Origin: Corallochytrium limacisporum Hawaii | Lineage: Eukaryota; Protista; Pluriformea | Direction: 5' to 3' | Length of the DNA: 64,000 nt | Assembly: GCA_002811645.1 (NCBI GenBank) | Contig: PDIP01000049.1 | Coordinates: forward strand, 56,223-120,222 | Shown: positions 44,187-55,313 of the stretch, in pieces | Position numbering within the stretch: position 1 is the first letter of the stretch | Layout of the letters: the number at the start of each line of letters is the position of its first letter | The notes under the pieces: model-generated | The model's input: only the letters and a program-made list of their open reading frames with translations | Database searches by the model: none | Told to the model about the DNA's origin: nothing | Made by a program: the position numbers and the translations under genes

Positions 44187-45904
44187 GATTGCTTAACTTT
44201 TGTGCAGAGATATCGCTAGACTTAGAACCGCGAAACGTCAAATCCTTCGGGAACGCTGCTCTTAGTTGGTCGTTGCTGGGCATTTCTCGCACTACACATT
44301 CATTGCACCCACAAGTACCTCACCATTACACAAGGTACCAGGACTGTCCAATTGCGATGTGTCCATTCCTTCAGTCCTTATCATCCCGGCCTTCGTGGAA
44401 CTGAGGTGATCATCCAAACTCCACCCTCTCCCCCGGCGGTCCAACCCCCCCCCAAAAACAGAACTGGTACTCTACACACTGGAGACCCAATCATACACAG
44501 CGCACTCGTTCTAATGTGCTTCTGTGGGTGTATTTTGCAACTAATCCCAACCCCGGCGACTATGGTCGCGGAATGAAGATCACTCGCCGCAAACCTCATC
44601 AGAACGTAGCCTATGCGCATATTATTAAGCGCAAGTACGACGTACGGGAATCATCGATCAATGGAATTGTGCCCCGAGTGGTAGGCAACCGCGGAGGCAA
44701 GCACGGAGAAGCATCCAACACTGTACACCTGCTGGGCAGACCTTAAAATTGCCTGCCAAAACACAAAAACAGGCAAAGCACAGAGTCAGTGTACCGCCCA
44801 GCACCAGTCCGCAAATTGCAATCGTCGTCAAAGACTTGCTGCTTTAATCAGTCACCAACCCACAGCAGGGGGTACGGGAAAATGCCGGGCCCGGGGCCCA
44901 TATAAGGCCTGCAACCCCCCTTGTCTCCACGCCCCTTGACTCCATTTCAATCTCCCAGGGTTGACCCCAAGATTTGCCTGCTGGCAGGAACTGAGTATCC
45001 TGGTATGTTCTCTGGAAAGCAGAATGGTAGTTGACGGCGGTGGTCATCATCATCTTGCATGCTGCTGCGTCATGATGAACGTAACTATCTGTGATGCACG
45101 CTTGTGTCTTTTCGTGGCCGTTGCTCCGGTTTGCGAACGTGACATGTCTCTAGTGGCTGAAAATACAATCTTACGCGGGTAGGACACGTGCGATGTGTAT
45201 ATCGCTCTGTGTGTGTGAGAGTGCGGTTGCGTGTGTTTAATCAGTGGCATATGGCAGAATTCCAAAACAGCGTTTGATGGCCAGCGCGAACGCAAAGCAT
45301 CCCAACTACAAATTCATCATTGTCGCACAAATAACTCGGAGACATTTTGGAATCTGTATATTGTGGACTTGCTTTTGTATACAACAACACGCAAATTGTT
45401 GTTGGAGATGAGTGCTGTTGTGGCGAAGCTACACGGTCGTCGATGGGTTGCGCAGACCCCGCACAGAATCTCACCGTCATCTCCTACCGGTTTGGAACAG
45501 AACCGTTTTGGTCTCCGGCAATACAAGAAGTAACTGGTCGTCCACATACACACACAGAGTTAGCAATCGACGGCGTGTTCACTGACCAGCCTTTTCCTTT
45601 GGAGGATTTCCGCTGGTTTCACAGAAGCCGCGGAAGGAGCGGCTAGAGCGCTTCCACGTCCGCTGGACTTTACTTTGACCCAGTGCGCACACAGTGTCAT
45701 GCTACCACTAAAAGTATAAAGTCATCAACAAAGAATCTACCACTGCCGATGAAGACAGCTACCACAGTTTCGAATTCTGTTGTCGTGTTTGTTTTCCGAA
45801 GTGCTGAGTCAGAGCGCGTCCCCGAACCGCTCTAATTTGACGTATCTTTGTCCACCGCCTAGTATTACATATACCCAGCATTAAATTGCACAACAGTGGC
45901 GCGA

Positions 45905-45924
45905 CCCCCCCCCCGGGGGGGGGG
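45905..45924. promoter_or_regulatory. Perfect C10G10 palindrome
   Basis: Seen directly in fairly clean flanks between the two ligase paralogs. Role is inferred. Confidence 0.5.
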
Positions 45925-46365
45925 ACAACCCCCTTGGATCCGTTTGCAAAGGGGGCAAGGAAGTCTCAGACTAAACTCCCTCCTTACCAAAGATTTTTGA
46001 TCCCCCATGAAACCGAGAGTCCGCAAACAGACACATGACCGATGATGTCCTTGAATAAACAGATGATATGTGCAATTTGTGCATGTACAGCACTCGGCAA
46101 GAGATGATGTTCGCTGCAAGTGAATCTGGGTGCAGTCTCCGCTCCTCTCAGAGTTCGAGCGGAATCAGTGCCCCCTGTTTCCAATGTTCTGCGCAGGGTT
46201 CGTGTGCTGTCCCTACCGCTAAAAATAGATTACTTGTTTTCGACGAGGTCAGTATATATTGTACGCGCCAAGCAGCCACGCTGAGTTGGCCGAGAGATGA
46301 TTATTGAACACGCATAGGGGAGTTTTATTCTTGTGAAGATTTTCAAGCGGGAGAGGGTGCAGTGA

Positions 46366-48186
46366 TTAGTAACCCTCGGCTTCAGCTTCCTTCTTGAGCT
46401 CATCCCGCAGCACCCTCCGCAGCACCTTGCCACTTGCACTCGCGGGGATCTCATCGACGAAGCGTACGCCTCCCCGCAGCTGCTTGTGGGGCGCGACACG
46501 TTCAGCGATGTAGCCCTTCACTTCGTCCTCCGAAACTTTGGCACCCTCCGCAAGCTTCACGTATCCAACGGGCAGCTCTCCGAAGTCACCGTGCGGCTTG
46601 CCGACCACAGCAGCGGCGACAATCTGTGGATGCGTCAGCAACTCGTCCTCAAGCTCCGCAGGCGGAACCTGGAAACCCTTGTACTTGATCAGCTCCTTGA
46701 GGCGGTCCACCACGAACATATAGCCGTCTTTGTCGATCTCGACAATATCACCAGTGTGCATAAAGCCATCATCACGAATGGTTTCCTTGGTGGCATCGTC
46801 GCGACCCAGGTAGCCCTTCATCACATTTGGTCCGCGGATTAGCAGCTCACCGCGCCGGCCATCGCCCGGGGGGAGCGGCTCACCACTCTCGACGTCGAGG
46901 ATAATCATTTCAATGTTTGGAACGGCGACACCACAGCTGCCTGGCCTGATAGCGGTGCAGGGATTGAGGTGGGCCACGGGGGACAGTTCAGTCATACCAT
47001 AACCCTGTCCAACACTGATACCCGTGCGCTTGGCCACAGCCTCTTGGGTCGCAAGTCCAAGTGGAGCAGCAGCGGACATAACGTACTTGACAGAGCTTAG
47101 GTCAAACTTATCCACAATTGGATGGCTGGCCATCATGAGGGCAATGGGAGGCGCAATATGCACCATGGTGAGCTTCTCATTCTGAATGATCTCAAAGAAC
47201 TGGACTGGATCAAACTTGGGCATGATCGGCATCTTGCAACCGCGGTAGATGGCATGCCACATAATGACAACCATACCGTAGATATGGAAGAAGGGCATCA
47301 GGCCGAGCACGCTGTCTTCATTGGGCGCCATATGCGGGTCCATGGCGGCAGCGTACTGCATCACGTTGGCGACGACGTTGTAATGAGTAAGCATGACACC
47401 TTTTGGGCGCCCAGTGGTACCAGAGCTGTACGGTAGGCAAACGAGATCGTTCATGGGATCAATGAGTGGAGAACTGTAACTCTGACCGTGACCACTAGCC
47501 ATGAACTCCATGAAAGACGTCAACTTGATCTTGTTCTGGTACTTGGCACCGCCTTCGAGGTACTCTTCCGGTACCTTACCATCAGCGGACAACACAATTA
47601 TTTCCTTGACGTGGTCTGCCGTTGCGTGGACTGCCTCAATGGCCAGGTCGAGCAGGAGGGGAATGGTGGTGAGAAGAGTGGCTCCAGAGTCATTGAGCTG
47701 GAACTCAATTTCATGGGCGTGGTATGTCGGATTTGCCGTGGTGATCGTGGTGCCAACTTCGCAGGCTCCGAGGTACAGGGCCGGGTAAGCAGCAGTGTTC
47801 GGCAACCATAGGCAGAAGGTATCGCCCTTGCCCATCCCGCGCACAGTCAGGGCACCAGCAATGGCGTTAATCATGCCCTTCAGCTCTCCATACGTTACCT
47901 TACGGCCGCCGGCTCCGTAGTCGACCATGGTAACCTGCTCTGGTGGGTATTGATCAATTGCCTCCATCATGAACTTATTGAAGGGCTTGTCAGTAGGAAT
48001 GTCCAGGGGTGCCATTCGGCTCTTGTAGATGCCCGTAGACTTGTCGTAAAAGTCATCCAGTATAAGGGAGTCGGAGGCGTAGGCGCGGCGCACGAAGGGT
48101 ACCGCTATGCTCTTGGGGGCAGTGAACAAGGCACGGCGCACCGTAGTGGCTGCCACTGCCCGGAGGCTGAACCTGCTGGCCAACAT
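46366..48186 (-). CDS. 4-coumarate--CoA ligase-like acyl-CoA synthetase (copy B, mitochondrial presequence)
   Basis: Same AMP-binding motifs as copy A. N-terminal MLASRFSLRAVAATTVRRALF...VRRAYAS is Arg-rich, lacks acidic residues and ends in an R-x-Y-A cleavage-type site. Confidence 0.93.
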   Translation of the reverse strand: MLASRFSLRAVAATTVRRALFTAPKSIAVPFVRRAYASDSLILDDFYDKSTGIYKSRMAPLDIPTDKPFNKFMMEAIDQYPPEQVTMVDYGAGGRKVTYGELKGMINAIAGALTVRGMGKGDTFCLWLPNTAAYPALYLGACEVGTTITTANPTYHAHEIEFQLNDSGATLLTTIPLLLDLAIEAVHATADHVKEIIVLSADGKVPEEYLEGGAKYQNKIKLTSFMEFMASGHGQSYSSPLIDPMNDLVCLPYSSGTTGRPKGVMLTHYNVVANVMQYAAAMDPHMAPNEDSVLGLMPFFHIYGMVVIMWHAIYRGCKMPIMPKFDPVQFFEIIQNEKLTMVHIAPPIALMMASHPIVDKFDLSSVKYVMSAAAPLGLATQEAVAKRTGISVGQGYGMTELSPVAHLNPCTAIRPGSCGVAVPNIEMIILDVESGEPLPPGDGRRGELLIRGPNVMKGYLGRDDATKETIRDDGFMHTGDIVEIDKDGYMFVVDRLKELIKYKGFQVPPAELEDELLTHPQIVAAAVVGKPHGDFGELPVGYVKLAEGAKVSEDEVKGYIAERVAPHKQLRGGVRFVDEIPASASGKVLRRVLRDELKKEAEAEGY

Positions 48187-48506
48187 CGTTTGCTACGTCA
48201 GCTGTTTCCTATCTCTGGTCCGCTCTCGAGACGTTTGATAAGGTGGTCTTAAGTGCTGGTAGTTTTGACATTGATCACTTTCTCAAGTATGAGGTTGGTC
48301 ATCTCTACGGTGTAAAGTACCAGTGGAACGGCGAGAAACAAGCCATATCTGAATCGGGGCACTCTTAAGGTCTAGGCGGAATGAACAAACCGCGGATACT
48401 TCTCACTTCAATCATCCACTTTCAAGCAACCGTAACACTCGTCCGTACTGGCTGAAGGGATGCCTCGGAGTTCTATGCTTCATCGAAGGCTTAAACTAAT
48501 TTTCTT

Positions 48507-48517
48507 GGGGGGGGGGG
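48507..48517. promoter_or_regulatory. G11 tract upstream of ligase copy B
   Basis: Seen directly, 321 bp upstream of the ATG. Role is inferred. Confidence 0.4.
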
Positions 48518-49485
48518 CCGCCAGTATAGCTCTTCAGAACAATGGCACAACCCACCGCCACCAGTGCTAGACTGCGAGAATGTTCTCTGGTGGGCAATAT
48601 CATGGTGGTACACTGTAATGCAGCGCTGACTGCTGTTCCATCTGCCTGTTGAATGATGATCACTCGAACATGCTAGCCGAATGTGTGTGCACGATACGGT
48701 GTGCGAACGGTACAATTGTCTAGTAGTCTGTTGATCGTTTGTTTGCTCTTGTTCTTCTGATTTGCTGCTGTGGATGCTGTGGGTTTGCGGCCTAACAGTT
48801 TATCTGATTTCTTTATCCTCATGGGCTCCCGAGTTCACAGTTTCTATTATGCCGAGCCTTTTACCCACTTCAAGGGTGGGCAATTTGTACGAGTTTGCAG
48901 GAATACATTCCGCGGAGAGCTTGCTTCCTAAAGTAATGCCTCTCCAAGGAAGGCAAAGCCGAGAGAGGGCTGCCCCACCGTGCAGCTCAAGTATGCAGCG
49001 GCCATGCATTAAGAGTAGCGTAGCGTTAACGGGGACCACCCGAATGCACCACCATATGTAAAAGCACAACATGCTAAAGGGCCTGGCTAATAATAGCCAG
49101 TTTGCAGCCCAATCATTGATTTACTGCTCATCCTTAATTCCTCTATTTTTTTAAGGCACTGGCTTTTTTCCTTTTTTTTTCGCCTCCTTTCGTAGAGGGC
49201 CCAAAGGTCTCCACCCAAGCGGTCTTACCGGGTAATTGCTTCTCCACGATACTTTCACTACTCAGCACAGCGTGACCAGCATTCTTTCTTGGAAACGCCG
49301 GGGTACAAGCCAACAGTGGAAAAAAGACCGTGAGGAGTTGAGGCCCTTGCGGAAATTGAGGCCCCCGTTTGCTGGGAGTCAGGGAGTTGGAGGCCCGTTG
49401 AGCAAAGGAGTGATGTATTTCGTGCTCCTCAGGATGATGAGCAAGTACACTTGGACCTTGTGCATGCTAAATGTAAATTTCGAAT

Positions 49486-51231
49486 CTATTCCACAGTAAC
49501 CGTAAGTTTCACAATATTTGTCTCCTCAATGCCCCCACTGTGACCTCTACGACCAGTCTCTGGCACCTTTACGTCGCTCGTAGAGTCCTCGGCGCGCACA
49601 GTGATGTCATAAGTTCCAGGCTCAAGTCCCTCCAACTTGAACTGGAAGGGATAGATAGGTTCGTCAGAAAGCCATCTACGACCTTGACAGTGGTATCCCT
49701 TCCCTTCATAGTTAGGGGGCATGGTGGTACCAATGTCGGCCAAGACTAGAGTGTGTCCCCTTGTGAGGGCCTTGCCCTGGTGTGAGCTCACAGGGTAAGT
49801 GGTGGCTTGGTTGGCGTTCACAGCCCTGGCATTGTAATCCAAAGATGATCCGCTCTTTGCCAAATATGCATTGAACAACACAGGCCGGGTCTGGTCAACT
49901 GCAAGGTCAAACTCTACGGTAATTGCGCCAGGTGCTTCAGAAACCACCTGCTGGACGCCCGGTCGAGAACTGGGATTAGCGTTATCTGGTTTACCTTTAG
50001 ACATGAAGTAAAGGGCCGATGCATCACATCGCTCGAGGTATCCATTTGCAGAAGAGAACCATTGAGGAGCTGCGACATCTTTCGGTAGGTTTTCATATGC
50101 TACATTAGAGCTTAACTGGACACTTTTGTTGGTAATGGACGGAAGCATACCATACGTCTGCAAAATCGTCATGTACTCATGCCAGTCTTCGGATTCGGGG
50201 GCTTTGGACGGATCCTCCCAGTAGTCTAGTTCAATGACAATGGCAAAATTGTCGGTTCGAGAGGCCTCAGCCATTATTTTGGGCATCCAGAAGTTCTGGT
50301 TCACTGGCCAGCTCGCTTCGTAGGGACTGGTTGCAACCGCGTAAGTTGGATACCAGCTATGGTAGTAGCTTTCAAACATTATGACGTCAGCATACTGGAC
50401 GGGATTGAAGGAGTAATGGAACGAGTAATGTGGCGAGAAGTAGAAAGGAGCGCCGTTCCACATGAGAAGTGAGCTGGGGAAGTTCTCCTTGAATGCCTTT
50501 GCCAACTGGTATCCACCCTCGGCAACGAAACCACGACCGTACCATGGGTCCGCATCACCAACGGTGTCGAAGAAAATGCCATCGAAACCAAAGTCGTTGA
50601 GCCAGTGGTTAGCCTCATCTAAAGTCAGGGCCTGCCAGTCCGGGCTTCTTGGGTCCACATAGTAGGTACCCCAGTCCCCGTTCACCCAGAGAGTGCAGTT
50701 ACCGTGCTCCGAAAGATAAAAATCAGCAACACCTTGATGCATGTGTCGAGAGTCACCTTGTTCAAATGTGGTAGGGCCTTTTCTATCGCCATGATAAACA
50801 CCTCCATCGAGAGTCTTTGGGATACCAGACCCCTCTTCACCAATTGACATGTACATGAACACCGCAACGTCGTCATCAGTACCAGGTTGACCGTCCCTTC
50901 CCGCTTGGAGATCCTCTAAATTTGCCTGCATTTGGGCGTCGGTTCCACTGAAACTACCCCAACTCAGAAGCACCATGTCGAAGTCCTTCCACGGTTCATA
51001 AACTGTTTTTTCCGTCCAGTCAGCATAATTGATGGTCCAATTGCGATATTTCTTAAGTGGACGGATGTTTATACCACCATAGTTGGATTGATTAGTCTTT
51101 GTTCCTCCTTCATACAGAGTTCCATAACTGTTCTTCACACCGCTGTATGTGCATCTGTGGGGGAGAGCTTGACATCCTGTGACTAGCGCCAAGCCCAGTA
51201 GAGCGGCCACAAAAATTGATTTACAACCCAT
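49486..51231 (-). CDS. Secreted TIM-barrel glycoside hydrolase, GH114/GH166-like (endo-alpha-1,4-polygalactosaminidase type), with C-terminal FN3-like domain
   Basis: Signal peptide; YMSIGEE, YYVDPRSPDWQ, GFDGIFFDTV and VIMFESY; FN3-like LEGLEPGTYDITVRAED. Confidence 0.7.
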   Translation of the reverse strand: MGCKSIFVAALLGLALVTGCQALPHRCTYSGVKNSYGTLYEGGTKTNQSNYGGINIRPLKKYRNWTINYADWTEKTVYEPWKDFDMVLLSWGSFSGTDAQMQANLEDLQAGRDGQPGTDDDVAVFMYMSIGEEGSGIPKTLDGGVYHGDRKGPTTFEQGDSRHMHQGVADFYLSEHGNCTLWVNGDWGTYYVDPRSPDWQALTLDEANHWLNDFGFDGIFFDTVGDADPWYGRGFVAEGGYQLAKAFKENFPSSLLMWNGAPFYFSPHYSFHYSFNPVQYADVIMFESYYHSWYPTYAVATSPYEASWPVNQNFWMPKIMAEASRTDNFAIVIELDYWEDPSKAPESEDWHEYMTILQTYGMLPSITNKSVQLSSNVAYENLPKDVAAPQWFSSANGYLERCDASALYFMSKGKPDNANPSSRPGVQQVVSEAPGAITVEFDLAVDQTRPVLFNAYLAKSGSSLDYNARAVNANQATTYPVSSHQGKALTRGHTLVLADIGTTMPPNYEGKGYHCQGRRWLSDEPIYPFQFKLEGLEPGTYDITVRAEDSTSDVKVPETGRRGHSGGIEETNIVKLTVTVE

Positions 51232-51686
51232 GTCGGACTCCTTTCTTTAAGCAACGATGTATTGATATCTTTAGAGAATCTAGAAACTTAATCACTTGGT
51301 TCGATCAATGGATACGACTCTCTGGTCATGCATGATCGGCCCAGGGTGCGTACTGCATTCAAATACCTCCTCGTCCGTCTGAAACATGATAGCCTTCAGT
51401 TGACTATCATGTCGCAGTACATCTATGATAACGATACTCCTCGTCTTTCTTGTAAGCTGCGATGGGCGTTCTCATCATCTTCCGTGCATTGAGGTCGGCA
51501 CCCAGGTGCACCGTTCCCGTGTCAGGACCGTCGGATCGAACACGTCGTGTCCCCCCTCCCCCCCTTTCCCCCCTCGGCCCCAGTCCACCCGGGGCGGATA
51601 GTCCTTCGCCCTTCCCTCCCGAGAGCTCTCCTCCGTGACGACAGCGACAGTGTACGCAATAAAAACACTCTGAAACTAATCGAAAA

Positions 51687-52023
51687 CCCCCCCCTGGAGG
51701 GGGGCAAGCTACCCGGAAATTCTAGCCCCCCCTTCCCACCTTGCCCACCATCGCCTCCCTTTCCCGTCTTCCCTCCCCGCCCTTTCGCACTGGCTTCCCG
51801 TTTTTGTAAGGGGCACTACCCCTTGGAGATCTTGTCCTGCCGGCCCTTGGCTAATGAGGGAAGGGAGGGAAGCGGAGGAAAGGGGGGGGGGGAGTGGAGC
51901 TGAGACCCACCGGAGGGATCGAGCGGTTGAAGGAAATTGAAACCCCTCTGCTACCTCGGAGTCTTGGGTGCTGGTGGTTTTGGTAGATAAAGTGTAGTCA
52001 GGGAAAAAAAGCGGGGGGGGGGG
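51687..52023. promoter_or_regulatory. C8-tgga-G6, G11 and G11 tracts upstream of the glycoside hydrolase
   Basis: Runs at 51687-51704, 51882-51892 and 52013-52023. Role is inferred. Confidence 0.4.
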
Positions 52024-52847
52024 CTCGTACAAGTGTGCACGCAGGGAAAACACTGTGTACGCACACCGCAGTGTGCCGATAAACCATGATCGACCGAATT
52101 GCTTCTCAGACCTGCCTCGGTAGCGAAAGAAATAGGAGAGTTTGAGCACTCCGAGGGTCGGCGCGTGTGCGTTCTGCGGCCACAGTGGAAGAAGGAAGCT
52201 TTCTTCAGGTTCGTTTTTCATCGTCCAGATGGGATCGTTCCAGGACCACGAAACGTCGTAAGGGTTCTGGTGAGGCGGCCTGCGTACCGACCGTACGATG
52301 GGCGAAATGTGGTCACCACAGCAGGATAAACTGCGTAGAATTTGACAGATGAATTGAAAAGCTCCTACAGGCACGACCGGGACGGTTCATCTCTAGTCGG
52401 CATTGAACAGGTCACTCCAGACAACATCAAGAACGCGCACAATCCATGCGCTGCTGCGTTCTGAGAGACAAGATATTAATGGTCGTTACCTCAGGTGGTG
52501 ATACCACTTTCATCACCGCGTCATCCACACTCACAATACAAGTATCGAAAAATTAGAGACACACACATTAAACTCGCGTATTCTTCATGAGATTGTTTCC
52601 TTTGAAGCACCTGTGCGCGATCCTAATTATCGAACAGTACGAAAGCACTCTTAAGTTCAGCCGGGCGGCCCAAATTCATTATATTCCAAATACATGGCGC
52701 GTCCACCTTTACTTAGATTGAAGGGTTGCACCCCAACTACATCCCGACCACTGTATAACAGTAAAGAGTACATCAGCTAGAGATTTTGTGTAATATGCTG
52801 CTAAGTTAGGACCCCAGGCCGACTCAAGTCAGTTTCACAGGCCCACA

Positions 52848-55313
52848 TCAGGCGGCAGTGCTGCTGGCCGTGGTCACATTGAGGTCCTGCAGGGCTTCCG
52901 CCTCGTTGTTTCGACGCACTACCGCCGCTCGATAGAGGCGTCGCCATTCCGCGAGTGTACGGCCCTCGAGCTGGGTCTGTGGATCGCAATCTGCGGCGGG
53001 CTGCTGATACCAGGCATGCAGAGCTTTTGCCAGTTTCGGACCGGCCTCAACGCTGGCCTCCGTGATAGCCTGCAAAGAAGCCTCCGACTTGGCCACCAGT
53101 TGGCCATTACTCACGGCCAAGGGTTCGAGTAACTCGTTGTCTAAAGAGTGTTGCGGGAGATGGCGCACAAAGCGTTCTCCCATGTGCAGACAGTCCTCAG
53201 GAGCCAGCAGCAGCGCATCGACCAGCAGGCTCAAGTTCTCTCGGCCATTGATGATCAGGGGTGTTTTCGTCATTGCAGGGGACGGTGACTGATTTGTGGC
53301 GTCATCTGAGGCTCTATTTGCCTCAGCGGCAAGGCATTCGTCCCACTGCAGGAAAGTGTTGACAGTCGCGGCCTGCCAGCGATGACGCATGCCATCCGCC
53401 ACGCCGAAGACGAGATCGAGCGCAAAGAGGTCTGTGGCGCTCGGATTGGTCGCACAGTTGCCTTGGACCATTGATCGGTGCAGGGAGACCTTCCATTTCG
53501 TCTGCAAAGCCCTTTGTAGCACGGAGATGGACTGGTCCATGGCACTGTGACTGGACGTACCCGAGGCCTGGAAAGCACGCGGGCCCATAGTCACCGCAGC
53601 GTGGTTGTACTGCAAATCGTGGTTGGCGACCAGGGAGTCCAAACCTTGACCCTGGTGCGGCTGGTCCATTTTCTGTTTAATCATACGGCGGTAAGTGTGA
53701 TCACCATCATTGCCATCATATTCGTCAGCAACTTTGTGACCCTCGGCATCCAGTGCCGATGGATCACCAATTGCGGACGCGAACGCCTGGCTGCGGACGA
53801 AGCCGAGCCCTTGCACCGCGACAGTGTCGCCGATGAGTTGGCGCCACTGCGGATGGTGCGGTATGACTGTCGACATCAAATTCGGTTCCTGTGACAGCGG
53901 ATCGTCGATAGTAAATTCTTCCTCCTGGTCACGACAAAGAGCCTCATTGTTCCGCACAGTGGCCGCGGACGGCGCACTCAGTCCCAGTCCAGCGCGGTGG
54001 CGCAAATTAGCCTGCTGTTTGAGGCACTTGGCTTTCATCATTGCGTTCTCCCGTATGGATTCCTCTAACTCCTTGACGTTGCCAATGAGCTGTCGCTGGC
54101 GTGACTCGAGCTCAAAACGGCGGCGCTCTAGACTGTCCCTGTGCTCAGACTGGCGCTGTTTGGAGCTCTCCAATGAAGCGATTTCGCGGTTGACTACATC
54201 AATTGCGGCCTCTTCTGCCTCAACGTCAGCGAGCAAAGGTAGATCCAGGCCAGCTGATGCGGCGCCCAGGGCACTGCGCCACTCCATATCCAGCTCGGCG
54301 GTCTCCTGAAGTAGCCGCTGGACATCGATGTAGCGTTTGTTCTCGTTCTCGCGCAGGAGGTGCAGCTGGCGATATAGGCGTGCCGGAATGTTTGCTTCTA
54401 CCGCGGAAGCAGCAGAAGCAATCGATGACCCCTCCTTCAAGTACTCACCATGGCTCCCTCTCTTCTTCAGATGGGTGGGCATTATGATGAGATTGTCACC
54501 TTCTTCCTCGTCACTGTCGTCTTCATCATCGTCATCCAATATAATTCTCGAAGGCTGTTGCTTGCTCTCTTCGCCTGATGCCTTCTTCCGCTCGTTCCCG
54601 TCGGCGGCAGGCCCGTTGGCATTGCTCAGGATTCTGGTACTACCCTCAAGCAGGAGACGATCCTGCTCTTCGTCATGCGCTGAGATCAGGCCCTTGACGT
54701 CCAGGCTCTGACGTCGCGCATCCTCGGAAAGTCGTGCGAGGGTGTCCGGTGCGGACGCGAGGGCTATCTCACTCGAGTCAGTGACACCGAGCTTGAGCAC
54801 GTTGTCGGTTTGTACCTGCAGGCGGTCTCTGAGATCGGCAATATCACGGGCCTTGGTCTTGAGCACGAGGCCCGCAGACCGCTGCGTTGCGGTTGACACT
54901 TCCTGCGCTCTGATCGCGGAATGAAGGCGTTGTATTTCCTGCCGCAGCTCCATGGCTTCCCGGCTCAATTCAGTTATCTGACGCCTGAGCATTTCATCTT
55001 CACTAACTGTGACCAGGTGTTCTTGGCTGTCTTCCACAGCGGTCGACCCACCTTGCTGCTTAAGGTACTGCGCCCGAAGATTGTGCCGAATTGTGTTGAT
55101 TCTGCGACTGCTGTACACATGACTGGCCAGAATGGGCCATAGAGACTTCATGGGCCACCGGTTTCCAAGACTGTGCAGTGCATGCTCCGTTGGAATAACT
55201 GCTTCCGGACACTGCAATTCCTCGCGCATCCAATGCTGCAGCTGGGCGGGGCTGAAATCAGTGACATTCCCGACTGTATCGACAGGAGCTTGAACGGGCA
55301 CTGAAACAGGCAT
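52848..55313 (-). CDS. HAUS5: HAUS augmin-like complex subunit 5
   Basis: First ATG at 55313. N-terminal LQHWMREEL...LWPILASHVYSSRRINTIRHNL and C-terminal AWYQQPA...GRTLAEWR match the two conserved HAUS5 blocks; coiled coils lie between them. Confidence 0.78.
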   Translation of the reverse strand: MPVSVPVQAPVDTVGNVTDFSPAQLQHWMREELQCPEAVIPTEHALHSLGNRWPMKSLWPILASHVYSSRRINTIRHNLRAQYLKQQGGSTAVEDSQEHLVTVSEDEMLRRQITELSREAMELRQEIQRLHSAIRAQEVSTATQRSAGLVLKTKARDIADLRDRLQVQTDNVLKLGVTDSSEIALASAPDTLARLSEDARRQSLDVKGLISAHDEEQDRLLLEGSTRILSNANGPAADGNERKKASGEESKQQPSRIILDDDDEDDSDEEEGDNLIIMPTHLKKRGSHGEYLKEGSSIASAASAVEANIPARLYRQLHLLRENENKRYIDVQRLLQETAELDMEWRSALGAASAGLDLPLLADVEAEEAAIDVVNREIASLESSKQRQSEHRDSLERRRFELESRQRQLIGNVKELEESIRENAMMKAKCLKQQANLRHRAGLGLSAPSAATVRNNEALCRDQEEEFTIDDPLSQEPNLMSTVIPHHPQWRQLIGDTVAVQGLGFVRSQAFASAIGDPSALDAEGHKVADEYDGNDGDHTYRRMIKQKMDQPHQGQGLDSLVANHDLQYNHAAVTMGPRAFQASGTSSHSAMDQSISVLQRALQTKWKVSLHRSMVQGNCATNPSATDLFALDLVFGVADGMRHRWQAATVNTFLQWDECLAAEANRASDDATNQSPSPAMTKTPLIINGRENLSLLVDALLLAPEDCLHMGERFVRHLPQHSLDNELLEPLAVSNGQLVAKSEASLQAITEASVEAGPKLAKALHAWYQQPAADCDPQTQLEGRTLAEWRRLYRAAVVRRNNEAEALQDLNVTTASSTAA

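Noticed and set aside
45072-45160. Box C (ATGATGA)...box D (CTGA) pair, also at 48653-48760
   Set aside because: No terminal stem and no recognisable rRNA-complementary guide.
45905-45924. C/G tracts as telomere junctions, nanochromosome ends or transposon terminal repeats
   Set aside because: No telomeric repeat unit, target-site duplication, shared flanking sequence or transposase is visible.
51895-51945. GCTGAGA-containing TPP-riboswitch-like string
   Set aside because: The downstream conserved elements are missing, there is no thiamine gene nearby, and the region is low quality.
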